Below are positions 19,320 to 29,268 of a stretch of 64,000 nucleotides of DNA, in pieces. The notes under the pieces were generated by a model. That model searched no databases. It was not told the DNA's origin and worked only from the letters and a program-made list of their open reading frames with translations. The DNA is taken from assembly GCA_965227775.1 (NCBI GenBank), contig OZ245777.1, forward strand, positions 224,001-288,000, written 5' to 3'. Each line of letters opens with the position of its first letter. Within the stretch, counting starts at the first letter, position 1. Origin of the DNA: Phycisphaerales bacterium (GTDB taxonomy: Bacteria; Planctomycetota; Phycisphaerae; Phycisphaerales; UBA1924). The translations under genes and the position numbers were made by a program.

Positions 19320-19382
19320 GTCGCTGCCTTCCGTGGCGTGTGCGGAACTCGATGGAAGATGCTTGCCGCTGCGATGATAGCT

Positions 19383-21221
19383 CTACTCGACCGTCACGCT
19401 CTTGGCGAGGTTTCGGGGCTTGTCGACGTCGTGCCCACGCAGGACGGCCGCGTGGTAGGCCATGAGTTGGAGCGGAACGACGGCCACCATCGGGCTGAGG
19501 CACTCGGGCACATCAGGAATGAAGAACACGTCCTGGGCGTGGTTGCCGATCTCGGTATCGCCCTCGGTCGCAACGGCGATGACGTGCCCGCCGCGGCTGC
19601 GGACCTCGCTGATATTGCTCATCACCTTCTCGTACTGGCTGCCTCGGGTGGCGATGAAGACGGCCGGCATGCCATCATCGATGAGCGCGATGGGCCCGTG
19701 CTTCATCTCGGCAGCGGGCATGCCTTCCGCATGGATGTAGCTGATCTCCTTGAGCTTCAGCGCACCTTCGAGCGCGGTTGGGTAGTTGTACCCGCGACCG
19801 AGGAACAGCCAGTTCTCGCGCTCGATGTACTTTTCGGTGATCGAACGTATCGAGTCGTTGAGTTCGAGCACCTTCTCGATCTTGTCGGGAACGACTTCGA
19901 GCTCCTTGATCAGGTCGGTGCACTGCTCGGCGCTCATGAAGCGGCGGCGCGCCATGAACAGGCTGATCATCGTGAGCACGGCCACCTGCGCGGTAAAGGC
20001 CTTGGTGCTCGCGACGCCGATCTCTGGTCCCGCGCGCAGGTACACGCCCGCGTCGGTCATGCGGGGGATGCTCGAACCCACGGCGTTGATGACGCCCAGC
20101 GCGAGCGCACCGCGTTCCTTGGCCTCGGTCAGCGCGGCCAGCGTGTCGGCCGTCTCGCCGCTCTGGCTGACTGCGACAACGACCGTGCCCTCTTCGATGA
20201 TCGGGTTGCGATAGCGGAACTCGCTGGCGTACTCGCACTCGGCGGGCACTTTTGCCAGGTCTTCGAGCAAGTATTCACCGATCATGGCCGAGTGCAACGC
20301 CGTGCCCTGGGCGGCCAGGATGACGCGCCGCGAGCGCACGAGCTGGGGCGCGAACTGGCGGAGTCCGCCAAGCACGACCATGCCGTCGGCGCTGTTCAGG
20401 CGCCCACGCATGCAGGTACGCAGCGCTTGTGGCTGCTCGAAGATTTCCTTCTGCATGAAGTGGGCGTAGCCGCCCAGCTCGATCTGTTCGAGGTCGAGCT
20501 CGAGCTGCTCGACACGCGGCGTGACCGGCACGTTGTGGATCGTGCTCGTCGTGAATTTTTCGCGCGTGATCTTGCAGACGTTGTAGTCTTCGAGCGGGAA
20601 GGCCTGCGTGGTATGCGCGACGATGGCCGCCGGGTCCGAAGCAACCACGAATTCGCCGCTGCCCACACCCACGAGCAGGGCGCTGCCCTTGCGGGCGCAG
20701 ACCAGCGTGTCGGGCTCGTGCTCGCAGATGACAGCGATCGCGTAGGCGCCGGTGACTTCACGAAGCGCGGCCTGCACGGACTTCTCCAGGTCCATGCCGT
20801 TCTCGGGGTCGTAGAGCTCGCCGATGAGCATGGCGAGCACCTCGGTGTCAGTCTCGCTATGGAACGTGTGACCACGCTCGGTGAGGTAGGTGCGCAGGGC
20901 GCTGTAGTTCTCGATGATGCCGTTGTGCACCAGTGCGATGCCGTTGCGGTCGTCGCGGTGCGGGTGGGCGTTGGCCTCGGTCACCCCACCGTGCGTTGCC
21001 CAACGAGTGTGAGCGATGCCGAGGGTGCCCTCGAAGTCGGCGTTGCCCTCGACCATGGCCTCAAGGTTGCTCACCCGGCCAACCGCACGGGCGAGATGAA
21101 GCCCGCCGTCGATGACCGCCATGCCGGCCGAGTCGTATCCGCGGTACTCGAGGCGCTTGAGGCCCTCTATCAGCAGCGGGCGGGCCTGGCGGTGCCCAAG
21201 GTAGGCGACGATTCCACACAT
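19383..21221 (-). CDS. glmS: glutamine--fructose-6-phosphate transaminase (isomerizing)
   Basis: MCGIV, LEYRGYDSAG, HTRWATHG, SQSGETADT, EGALKLKEISY, DKPRNLAKSVTVE. Confidence 0.98.
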   Translation of the reverse strand: MCGIVAYLGHRQARPLLIEGLKRLEYRGYDSAGMAVIDGGLHLARAVGRVSNLEAMVEGNADFEGTLGIAHTRWATHGGVTEANAHPHRDDRNGIALVHNGIIENYSALRTYLTERGHTFHSETDTEVLAMLIGELYDPENGMDLEKSVQAALREVTGAYAIAVICEHEPDTLVCARKGSALLVGVGSGEFVVASDPAAIVAHTTQAFPLEDYNVCKITREKFTTSTIHNVPVTPRVEQLELDLEQIELGGYAHFMQKEIFEQPQALRTCMRGRLNSADGMVVLGGLRQFAPQLVRSRRVILAAQGTALHSAMIGEYLLEDLAKVPAECEYASEFRYRNPIIEEGTVVVAVSQSGETADTLAALTEAKERGALALGVINAVGSSIPRMTDAGVYLRAGPEIGVASTKAFTAQVAVLTMISLFMARRRFMSAEQCTDLIKELEVVPDKIEKVLELNDSIRSITEKYIERENWLFLGRGYNYPTALEGALKLKEISYIHAEGMPAAEMKHGPIALIDDGMPAVFIATRGSQYEKVMSNISEVRSRGGHVIAVATEGDTEIGNHAQDVFFIPDVPECLSPMVAVVPLQLMAYHAAVLRGHDVDKPRNLAKSVTVE

Positions 21222-21424
21222 ACACCGAATCTCCTGGTTGCGCTGGGCTTAGGACGCCCGCGACGTAACGGTACACGATCGGCATTCGACGGGTTCGTGG
21301 GGCAACCAACGCAGCCCCGTGACAGCGGAATCCGAAACGGGCCAAGCACGGCCGGCCCTAGCCGGTTACATCGGACCATTCCGATGCCTTGTGTCCCAGG
21401 ACTGCAATCCGAGGAGCGAGCCGC

Positions 21425-22864
21425 ATGAACCCGTATATTATACGAACTTTTTTTGCTTCACTCGCCGCCACTTTGGCCGCTTACGCGCAGCCTGCCACGC
21501 CGGCGGCCGAGCGGCTGACCCCAGATGCGACCGAACGGCTCGATCTGGCGGGCTACCAGCTCGCCGCCACCGGCGACTGGCTCTTCATCGCCCTGCCCCA
21601 GGACAACATCGTCGGATTCAACTCCGGCTCGGTCGCACCCTTCCGCTTCGATGAGGCAACGGGCACGTGGGTGGAAGAGGACACCGTCTTCAGCATCGGC
21701 TCGTACTCCGGCCAGTTTTGGGGGACGGCAATCGCGGCGTCGGCCGACACCCTGGTCGTCGGCTCGCCCCAGGACACACGCATCGCGCTGGCCGGCGGGT
21801 TCGTCGAGGTGCTTGAGCGCCGTGGCGACTCGTGGGTGTTCGCCCAGGACCTGTTCACCATCACACCGATCGAGCGCGGCGACCTCTTCGGATCGTCGGT
21901 CGCGATCCGCGATGACGTGCTGGTGGTCGGCTCGCCGTCAGCCCAGAGTCGTGGCCCGTACTCCGGACGCGTGAGCGTGTTCGAGCGCTTCGGCGATCGA
22001 TTCGAGGCCGTCGCCGAGTTCGAGCGGGGCGACGAAGACGATCTTTACGGCTGGTCGGTCGCGGTCGGCGATGGCTTCTTCGCTGCTGGCACCTTCAACA
22101 TTGAAGGCGATACCTACACCTATCGGGGTCGCGGCTCGGTGGACATCTACGAGAAGATCGGCGACGACTGGGAACTGACAGCCACGCTCGAACAGGATGT
22201 TCCGGGCTTCAACGAGCGGTTCGCGTGGTCGATGGATGCCGCGGGCGATGTGCTCGTGGTTGGTGCGTACAACGAGGGCTCGGTCCCATCGCTCTTCACC
22301 GGGCCCGGTGCCGCATACGTGTTCGAGAAGGTCGGCGGCGTCTGGACGCGGACGGCCCGCCTCGAGCCGCCCGACCTCAAGTGGGATCAGCAATTCGGCT
22401 TCGACGTCGACCTGACCGAGGACGGCACGGGCTTGCTCGTCGGCGCTCAGAACGATCCCGAGGTGGCCGAAGACGCTGGCGCAATCTATGCGTACGAACG
22501 CGACGGGAGTTCGTGGCGGTTTGTGGGGAAGTACGTCTCGCCCGCCTCCAGGGCAGTCGCTCGCAGCGAGCAGTTCGGCACCAGTGTCGCGTTCGCCAAG
22601 ACTGCGACGGGAACTTCGTGGCTCATCGGTGGTGCCCCGGAATCTGACGAACTCGGCTTCCGAGCCGGCAACGTGTACGCCGTCGAAGTCGCGGGCTGCC
22701 AGGTCGACTGCGACACCAGCGGGAGCCTGGACATCTTCGACTTCTTGTGCTTCCAGACGCTGTTCGATGCGGGTGACCCTCGCGCCGACTTTGATGGCGA
22801 CGGCGATTTTACCATATTCGATTTCCTGGCATTCCAGACCGCGTTCGATGCGGGGTGCCCGTAA
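21425..22864 (+). CDS. exported FG-GAP repeat propeller protein with dockerin-like GC tail
   Basis: RBS GAGGAG, signal peptide. Repeats [17 protein letters not shown] and FGTSVA...IGGAP. Tail ends GCP. Confidence 0.88.
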   Translation: MNPYIIRTFFASLAATLAAYAQPATPAAERLTPDATERLDLAGYQLAATGDWLFIALPQDNIVGFNSGSVAPFRFDEATGTWVEEDTVFSIGSYSGQFWGTAIAASADTLVVGSPQDTRIALAGGFVEVLERRGDSWVFAQDLFTITPIERGDLFGSSVAIRDDVLVVGSPSAQSRGPYSGRVSVFERFGDRFEAVAEFERGDEDDLYGWSVAVGDGFFAAGTFNIEGDTYTYRGRGSVDIYEKIGDDWELTATLEQDVPGFNERFAWSMDAAGDVLVVGAYNEGSVPSLFTGPGAAYVFEKVGGVWTRTARLEPPDLKWDQQFGFDVDLTEDGTGLLVGAQNDPEVAEDAGAIYAYERDGSSWRFVGKYVSPASRAVARSEQFGTSVAFAKTATGTSWLIGGAPESDELGFRAGNVYAVEVAGCQVDCDTSGSLDIFDFLCFQTLFDAGDPRADFDGDGDFTIFDFLAFQTAFDAGCP

Positions 22865-22899
22865 GCCGCGAGCGAAGTGGCCCGCCCCTACCCTTGGGG

Positions 22900-23760
22900 A
22901 TGACCACGAGCACGCCCGTTTCGAGTGATTCCCGCACGCTTGTTTCGCCGCTGACCATCGCCGACCGGACGGTGGACAGCCGGCTCTTCGTGGGCACCGG
23001 CAAGTATGCCAGCTACGACCTGATGCAGCGCGCCCTCGAAGCGAGTGGCTGCCGCGTGGTAACCGTGGCCGTGCGCCGCGAGCGACTGGTGAACGAGAAG
23101 GGCGAGAGCCTGCTTGATTACATCGATACCAGCAAGTACACCATCCTGCCCAACACCGCCGGCTGCTTCACGTCCGAGGACGCGGTGCGTGTAGCCCGGC
23201 TGGGGCGCGAGCTGCTGAGCCAGATCGACAACCCCGGGCAGGACTGGGTAAAGCTGGAAGTGCTTGGCGACAAGCGCACGCTGCTGCCAGACCCGGTGGG
23301 CACCGTTGAAGCCACGAAGCAGCTCATCGACGACGGCTTTAAGGTGCTGGTGTACTCGAGCGACGACCCGATCGTTGCCAAACGACTCAAGGACCTCGGC
23401 GCTGCGAGCGTCATGCCCGCGGGCAGCCCCATCGGCAGCGGCCGAGGCGTGGTGAACCAGGCCAACATCGTGCTGTGCCTCGAGGCGCTCAAGGACGGTG
23501 ACCCCGAGTACCCCGTCATCGTCGACGCGGGCGTGGGCAGCGCGAGCGATGTGGGCGTGGCAATGGAACTCGGCGCGGACGGCGTGCTGCTCAACACCGC
23601 CATCGCCCACGCCAAGGATCCGGTGATAATGGCCCACGCAATGCGAATGGCCCTCGACGCCGGCTATCTGAGCTACCGCAGCGGCCGCATCGAGAAGAAG
23701 CTCTACGCGACGGCCAGCAGCCCGTTCGAGGGGGCGATCAGCTACATCCCGGGGGAGTAA
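22900..23760 (+). CDS. thiG: thiazole synthase
   Basis: [62 protein letters not shown]. Confidence 0.97.
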   Translation: MTTSTPVSSDSRTLVSPLTIADRTVDSRLFVGTGKYASYDLMQRALEASGCRVVTVAVRRERLVNEKGESLLDYIDTSKYTILPNTAGCFTSEDAVRVARLGRELLSQIDNPGQDWVKLEVLGDKRTLLPDPVGTVEATKQLIDDGFKVLVYSSDDPIVAKRLKDLGAASVMPAGSPIGSGRGVVNQANIVLCLEALKDGDPEYPVIVDAGVGSASDVGVAMELGADGVLLNTAIAHAKDPVIMAHAMRMALDAGYLSYRSGRIEKKLYATASSPFEGAISYIPGE

Positions 23761-23770
23761 GGCTCTTGCG

Positions 23771-25654
23771 CTACGGGCAACCGTCCTCGAACACCGACTG
23801 GTAAGCCAGGAAGTCGAAGAGGGTGAATTCTCCATCGCGATCGAAGTCGGCAAACGGATGTTGGTCGTTGAACAGAGCCTGGAAGGCCAGAAAGTCGAAG
23901 ATGGTGAGTTGGCCGTCGTAGTCGAGGTCGGCGCAGCAGCGCGGTGAGCGACCCAATACCACATAAGCTGCGCCACCGACGCCGGCACAGTAAACGGACC
24001 CATCGTCCCTGGTAGCGGGCGATCCAATCATCAGGTCGTCCAGGCCATCCCCATTTAGATCTCCAGCCGGCGCTATGGCGACTGCGGCGAATCCCTGGAC
24101 ATCCTCCGGCTTGGGAGCTAAAAGCCAAACACCGTTGACCCCATCGATGTCAGCCACGTCGTATCGGGGAGCAAACTCAGACATCCGGTCGTCTCTTCCG
24201 AAGAGCACCATGACGGCGCCAATCAGGCCCCCTCCGGACGGGTCATCCAACAGAGTCCTGCCGGCAATCACGTCGGAGTAACCGTCCCCATTCAAATCAA
24301 CACCCGCAAGTGCGCTGCCGAACCTTGTTCTAGGACCAAAGTCAGCTATCACGAATCCATCTTGTCCGTTCAGGGCCTTGAGATCTATGACATCAGAAGA
24401 GCCGGAGCCACCATCGCGACGGCCAAAAACGACGAACGCTCGTGCAGCAAAGCCAACGCTCAAGTCGCTCGCATATGCTGCACCGATCAGTATGTCGTCA
24501 AGGCCATCACCGTTGACATCGCCTGCCGATGCGACGGTCCACCCCGACAACACTCTGGGCGTGTCAACAACCTCCAGTCTTAGCCCAAGATCTCCAGCGA
24601 TCGTGCCAGCACAGATAACATCTGGGAATGCGCCTTGAACAAGGGCATCACGCCCAAAGACCACATACGTACGACCGCCTTCTCCGATGAATCGTCCGGG
24701 CGCACCAACCGCGAGATCATCGTAACCGTCGCCGTTGATGTCTCCAAGGTTGGCAACGCTGCGACCGAATTCCTCGCCTTGCTCGGCACCGTCAATGCGA
24801 AATCCACAGCTCTCATTGAAGAGTGCGAGGTCAATCTCCGCCGGAAACGCCGAACCACTCGTACTGTCTCTCCCATAGAACACGAATGCAGCACCGTTGA
24901 TTGGGTCGCCGTAGCCGGGTGCGCCGAGGATGAAATCATCTAGTCCATCGGAGTTGATATCGCCCGCTGCAGACACCGACCATCCGAGAAAATCACCGTC
25001 GGCAGCACCTCGGATTCGGAATCCATTCTGGCCATCAAGTTCGTCAGGATTGATGCGGCTCGGAAGATCTTCTGAACTTCCGAAGATAACAAACACCTGG
25101 CCTGTTCCGGCGTCGACGTAATACCCGTACGGTATCTCCGGCTGCCCGATCGCCACATCATCAAACCCATCACCGTTGATGTCTCCTATGAAGGCGACGG
25201 AATGTCCTGTTCGACTGATTCCCTCCCCTGTGCCTGGCAACACGCGCACCACACCAACCGGTGACTCCACAAGGGAACGATCGGGATGCGGGCCAGCGGC
25301 CGGACCACCGGCGTTGAGCACGATGTATGCCGATCCGTTTCCAAGTCTGAGGTCAAAGCTGCAGTACCGCCCAACCGCGCCCTCGTGAGGTGCGCCAACG
25401 ACAACATCCAACAGACCGTCACCGTTGAAGTCTCCTTTGCCGGCCAAGGCTCCACCGATCATCGTGTCCGTGTACTGCGTGGCCAACCCGAAGTGCCGGT
25501 ACCCAGTCCAGCCCTCACGTTCCCAGACCGGCTCGAACAATTCGAATGGCTCGAGCAGGCGCGGACACTGAGCGTGAACCGAGGCGGTAGTTCCGAGCAC
25601 CAAGAGGATCTGGCAGGCCGCCGTTGCCCGGATTCGGGTCGTTATCGAGGTCAT
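23771..25654 (-). CDS. exported integrin-alpha-like FG-GAP repeat protein with dockerin-like GC tail
   Basis: Seven repeats of the GD[IVFL]N[GS]DGxDDxxxGAP type. Signal peptide. Tail [20 protein letters not shown]...FEDGCP. Confidence 0.9.
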   Translation of the reverse strand: MTSITTRIRATAACQILLVLGTTASVHAQCPRLLEPFELFEPVWEREGWTGYRHFGLATQYTDTMIGGALAGKGDFNGDGLLDVVVGAPHEGAVGRYCSFDLRLGNGSAYIVLNAGGPAAGPHPDRSLVESPVGVVRVLPGTGEGISRTGHSVAFIGDINGDGFDDVAIGQPEIPYGYYVDAGTGQVFVIFGSSEDLPSRINPDELDGQNGFRIRGAADGDFLGWSVSAAGDINSDGLDDFILGAPGYGDPINGAAFVFYGRDSTSGSAFPAEIDLALFNESCGFRIDGAEQGEEFGRSVANLGDINGDGYDDLAVGAPGRFIGEGGRTYVVFGRDALVQGAFPDVICAGTIAGDLGLRLEVVDTPRVLSGWTVASAGDVNGDGLDDILIGAAYASDLSVGFAARAFVVFGRRDGGSGSSDVIDLKALNGQDGFVIADFGPRTRFGSALAGVDLNGDGYSDVIAGRTLLDDPSGGGLIGAVMVLFGRDDRMSEFAPRYDVADIDGVNGVWLLAPKPEDVQGFAAVAIAPAGDLNGDGLDDLMIGSPATRDDGSVYCAGVGGAAYVVLGRSPRCCADLDYDGQLTIFDFLAFQALFNDQHPFADFDRDGEFTLFDFLAYQSVFEDGCP

Positions 25655-25964
25655 CGGATGGCTCCATCATCCCATCATGGGATGTGCGGTCGTTTCCGGT
25701 CCCGCCGCAGTCGTCGGTGTTGGCTCAACCGCGAGTCTGCACCACCAGCATACCCAATCTTCGCGTTGGTTGCAAGGGATTTCGCCGACTGTGCATAGCA
25801 GTATCCCGGAGGGACAGGATGGGGGTACGCCACGGAGCATCCCGGAGACCGACCAGACGCGCGTGAAGCAGCCCCAATAGACTCGATTTGTGCCGGGGCG
25901 ATCGGAATGAAACCCGCTACTCCGGCTGTTCCATGATGACCCACACAGCCTCCGGAGAATTCAG

Positions 25965-26567
25965 TTGGACACTCTCGACGCCATCTACCAACGCCGCGCC
26001 GTGAAGCACTTCGATGCTGATCACCAGATGCCCGAAGCGGACCTGACCAAGCTGCTCGAGGCGGCGATCCAGGCTCCAACGAGCTTCAACATCCAGCACT
26101 GGCGGTTCGTGGTGATCAAGGACCCAGAGCTTCGCAAGCAGATCCGCGCGAACGGCAACGACCAGGCCCAGATGACCGACGCCAGCGTGCTGATTGTGAT
26201 GACCGCAGACGTCGACGCGTGGAAGAAGGACCCCAACCGATACTGGAAGAACGCACCGGACGAGGTCCGCGAGTTGCTCGTGGGATGGATGGGCCCGTTC
26301 CATGAAGGCCGCGAGTGGCTGCAGCGCGACGAGGCCCAGCGTTCGATCGGCATGGCGATGCAGACCATCATGCTCGCCGCAAAGGCCATGGGCTACGACA
26401 GCTGCCCGATGATCGGCTTCGACATCGAGGCCGTCGCGAAGCTCATCAACCTACCCGATGATCACTGCATGGGCCCCCTTGTCGCCATTGGCAAGAAGAC
26501 CAAGGACGTGTGGCCGAAGCCCGGTCAGTTGCCGCTGGATGCGGTTGTGATCCACGATCGCTTCTAG
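25965..26567 (+). CDS. nitroreductase family protein
   Basis: AIYQRRAVKHF, APTSFNIQHWRF, MLAAKAMGYDSCPMIGFD. TTG start with GGAGA RBS. Confidence 0.92.
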   Translation: MDTLDAIYQRRAVKHFDADHQMPEADLTKLLEAAIQAPTSFNIQHWRFVVIKDPELRKQIRANGNDQAQMTDASVLIVMTADVDAWKKDPNRYWKNAPDEVRELLVGWMGPFHEGREWLQRDEAQRSIGMAMQTIMLAAKAMGYDSCPMIGFDIEAVAKLINLPDDHCMGPLVAIGKKTKDVWPKPGQLPLDAVVIHDRF

Positions 26568-26582
26568 CCTCGCGACTGTGTT

Positions 26583-26786
26583 TCATCCGGGCTCGCGCGC
26601 TCGATATGCATCCGTCGGCACGCCTGCAAACCCCCAATTCTGCTCGTCGATCTCATCGATGACGATGTGCGTGTGCTCGGGCGCCTTGCCAAGCACGCGG
26701 CCGAGCGTGTCGGTAATCTCGGCGATGATCTGTGCTTTCTGTTCTCGCGTGGCGGCGGGCGTGATGCGAACATTGACGTAGGGCAT
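26583..26786 (-). CDS. 4-oxalocrotonate tautomerase family protein
   Basis: Catalytic Pro1 (MPYVNVRI), TREQKAQII, VIDEIDEQNWGFAG. 67 aa. Confidence 0.92.
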   Translation of the reverse strand: MPYVNVRITPAATREQKAQIIAEITDTLGRVLGKAPEHTHIVIDEIDEQNWGFAGVPTDAYRAREPG

Positions 26787-26849
26787 GCGCGGTTCCTTGG
26801 TGTCGATCCTTGTACGCGGACGGTCGCCTCGAGGTTTGCTGACTGATGG

Positions 26850-27173
26850 CTATCTCAGAACGGGCAGCATGACCGCCATAGATGCAGCAACCAAGAGGAA
26901 GCCGGCGAGGAAGTAGCGGGCGGCCACGCGCTTGCCGTTTCGGGCGCCGCCGTGGACAGCGGCAAGGTACGCGACTCGGGCGGACACAATTCCCGTCGGC
27001 ACGCCGATCGTGAGGGCGAGCAGGGCGTACGACGTCAGAAAGAACGACGAACCACCAGAACGAGCGAATGGCACTACGAGGGCTACCGGGGCGCTGATGG
27101 TGGAGATGATCCAGGGCGCGATCACGTAGACGCGCGTGCTGGCCCCCTCCCCCGAGTCGGCACCTTCACGCAT
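26850..27173 (-). CDS. hypothetical three-helix membrane protein
   Basis: 107 aa with three hydrophobic segments. Start overlaps the stop of the upstream phosphatase. Confidence 0.5.
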   Translation of the reverse strand: MREGADSGEGASTRVYVIAPWIISTISAPVALVVPFARSGGSSFFLTSYALLALTIGVPTGIVSARVAYLAAVHGGARNGKRVAARYFLAGFLLVAASMAVMLPVLR

Positions 27174-28599
27174 GCTGCCTTCTGCCTCTGGCGGCCTCGT
27201 GCTCGGGCATCTCGGTTGAGAGCCGCCGCGCGACTTCGATCACGAGCGTGTCGTCTTCGGGCATGCCGTGGCGACGGCTGTCGAGTTCGCCGATGATGCG
27301 ACGGGGCCATTCGCCCGGGTCGCACTCCACGCGAGCGAGCATGGCAGTCAGCCACGAGCGGCCGATGCACTTGCCCTGCTCGTTACGGGCCTCCATCGCG
27401 CCATCGGTGTAGGCGATGAGCATGTCGCCGGGCACGAAAGGGTGCGACCGCGGATCGGCGTGGAAGTCTTCGGGCAGGCACGCACCCAGCACGATCGCGG
27501 TCGAGTCGAGCTCTTCGATCGTGCCGTCGACGCCGCGCAGGAACATGGGCGGATGCCCGGCGTTGGCGTAGGTCAGCTCGTTGGTCGTCGGGTCGATCCT
27601 CAGGCAGACCGCCGACGCATAGATGCTGTGCTGGGCGAGCGTCAGGTGCACGTAGCGATTCAACAATCCCAGCACGTGGCCGGGGTCGGCGTGCGGATCT
27701 TCCGCGTAGATGCGCTCGAGCTCACCGTGCAGGCGGTTCACCGTAAGCGCGGCCGCCAATCCGTGGCCCGTGACATCGAGCAACACGAGGTTGATCGGCA
27801 CGCGGCCTTCGATACCCGGGCTCTCGCTGAAGAACAGGAAGTCTCCGCCGATCTGGCGCATGGGCTGGTAGGTGTAGCGGAAGATCATATCGCCGACGTC
27901 GCGCGGCTCGGGGAAGAGATCTTCGTGGATGCGCCGGGCATCGGTCATCTCTCGCCGGACCTCGCCGTAGCGAGTCGACAAGAACCGCATCTTGTACGCT
28001 CGCATCCGGCTGCTGTGCTTAACAGCACAGATCGCAAAGCCCGGCGCAACGAAGGCCGGGAAGAACGCGAGCCACAGCCAGGCGAGGCTTGGCGGAAGAT
28101 TCATCGCCACGTACGCCACGGCATGCAACCCGAGCACCAGGCCGACCGTCTTATAAACCTCGCTGGGTGACCACGGCAGGAAGATCGACGCCAGGAAGAA
28201 CGAGATTCCGAATCCAAAGGTCGCAGTCGGGAAGACGCCACCAAAACTACCCATTCCCGGCAAGTCCAGCAGCGTCGTGATAAGGCCGATTGCGCCGATG
28301 TACACGAGCAAGACGCGCGTGAGCCAGAGCAGAGCCGGCTTATCCGGCCTGCTGCGGCGCACTCGCACAAAAAACCAGACATAGACGCCGATGTCGACGA
28401 ACGTCACGGCAGTCATGCCAAGCCGAGAAGCCAAGGGCACTTCGGCCGGACTGATCCACATCAACACGGCGCCAAGCAAGCCAAAGGCCCAGAGCCCCAG
28501 CATCGCACCCAGGAACCACAGGAACCGCCGACGGAGCAGCACGCCGGTCTCGGCGTCGAACTCCTGCGCGAACTCACTGGTGTATGTGGCGGTGGCCAT
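27166..28599 (-). CDS. membrane-bound PP2C/SpoIIE-family phosphatase
   Basis: About 6 N-terminal TM helices. ARRIHEDLFP, IGGDF, DVTGHG, ANAGHPP, YTDGAME, DDTL. Confidence 0.92.
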   Translation of the reverse strand: MATATYTSEFAQEFDAETGVLLRRRFLWFLGAMLGLWAFGLLGAVLMWISPAEVPLASRLGMTAVTFVDIGVYVWFFVRVRRSRPDKPALLWLTRVLLVYIGAIGLITTLLDLPGMGSFGGVFPTATFGFGISFFLASIFLPWSPSEVYKTVGLVLGLHAVAYVAMNLPPSLAWLWLAFFPAFVAPGFAICAVKHSSRMRAYKMRFLSTRYGEVRREMTDARRIHEDLFPEPRDVGDMIFRYTYQPMRQIGGDFLFFSESPGIEGRVPINLVLLDVTGHGLAAALTVNRLHGELERIYAEDPHADPGHVLGLLNRYVHLTLAQHSIYASAVCLRIDPTTNELTYANAGHPPMFLRGVDGTIEELDSTAIVLGACLPEDFHADPRSHPFVPGDMLIAYTDGAMEARNEQGKCIGRSWLTAMLARVECDPGEWPRRIIGELDSRRHGMPEDDTLVIEVARRLSTEMPEHEAARGRRQHA

Positions 28600-28610
28600 G
28601 TCGGCTCGAC

Positions 28611-29216
28611 TCAGGCGTGCGGGTGATTGGTGTCCCGGTTCGCGCCGGGCTTCCACAGAACGTCGCCGCTGGTGTTGGCAACGCGGCCGAGCACGAAGAG
28701 CAGGTCGCTCAGCCTATTGAGATATCGGATTACGGTCGGGTTCGTTTCGTCGGGCTCGGCCTCGAGCACCTGGGACGACAGCCGCTCCGCCCGGCGGACG
28801 ATCGTGCGGGCCAGATGCAGGGCGGCGGCGGCACGCATTCCACCCGGCAGAACGAAGCTCTTGAGCGGCTCCAAACCCTCGTTGTAGTGATCGATGAGGT
28901 CCTCCAAGCGCTCGACCTGTCCCTCGATCACCCTGAGCCGCTCGTCCTCTTTGCCATCGTCCTTCACCGGCGTACAAAGGTCGGCTCCACAATCGAACAG
29001 GTCGTGCTGGAGGCTCTCAAGGATGGTCGCCAGAGCCTCGACCGGGCCACCGGCGTCCCGGCAGGCGATGATGGCCAGCCCCAGGGCGGCGTTGGCCTCG
29101 TCTGTCGTGCCGTAGGCCTCGACGCGCGGGTCGGCCTTCGCGACGCGAGAGCCATCGCCCAGGCCCGTGCTGCCGTCATCGCCCGTTCGGGTGTAAATCT
29201 TGTTGAGCTTGACCAT
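28611..29216 (-). CDS. pduO: PduO-type ATP:cob(I)alamin adenosyltransferase
   Basis: KIYTRTGDDGST, AYGTTDEAN, FVLPGG, ARTIVRRAER, YLNRLSDLLF. Confidence 0.93.
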   Translation of the reverse strand: MVKLNKIYTRTGDDGSTGLGDGSRVAKADPRVEAYGTTDEANAALGLAIIACRDAGGPVEALATILESLQHDLFDCGADLCTPVKDDGKEDERLRVIEGQVERLEDLIDHYNEGLEPLKSFVLPGGMRAAAALHLARTIVRRAERLSSQVLEAEPDETNPTVIRYLNRLSDLLFVLGRVANTSGDVLWKPGANRDTNHPHA

Positions 29217-29268
29217 CCGACAGCTTCTCCCGGTAGACCCGCCTGCGAACCGAACTAGTCTACGGCTG

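Noticed and set aside
21222..21424. Possible glmS ribozyme upstream of glmS
   Set aside because: I could not find the conserved ribozyme core on the minus strand. The region looks like ordinary divergent promoters.
22865..22899. TPP, cobalamin or FMN riboswitches before thiG, pduO and ribD
   Set aside because: The upstream gaps are only about 35-52 bp, too short, and thiG and ribD look leaderless.
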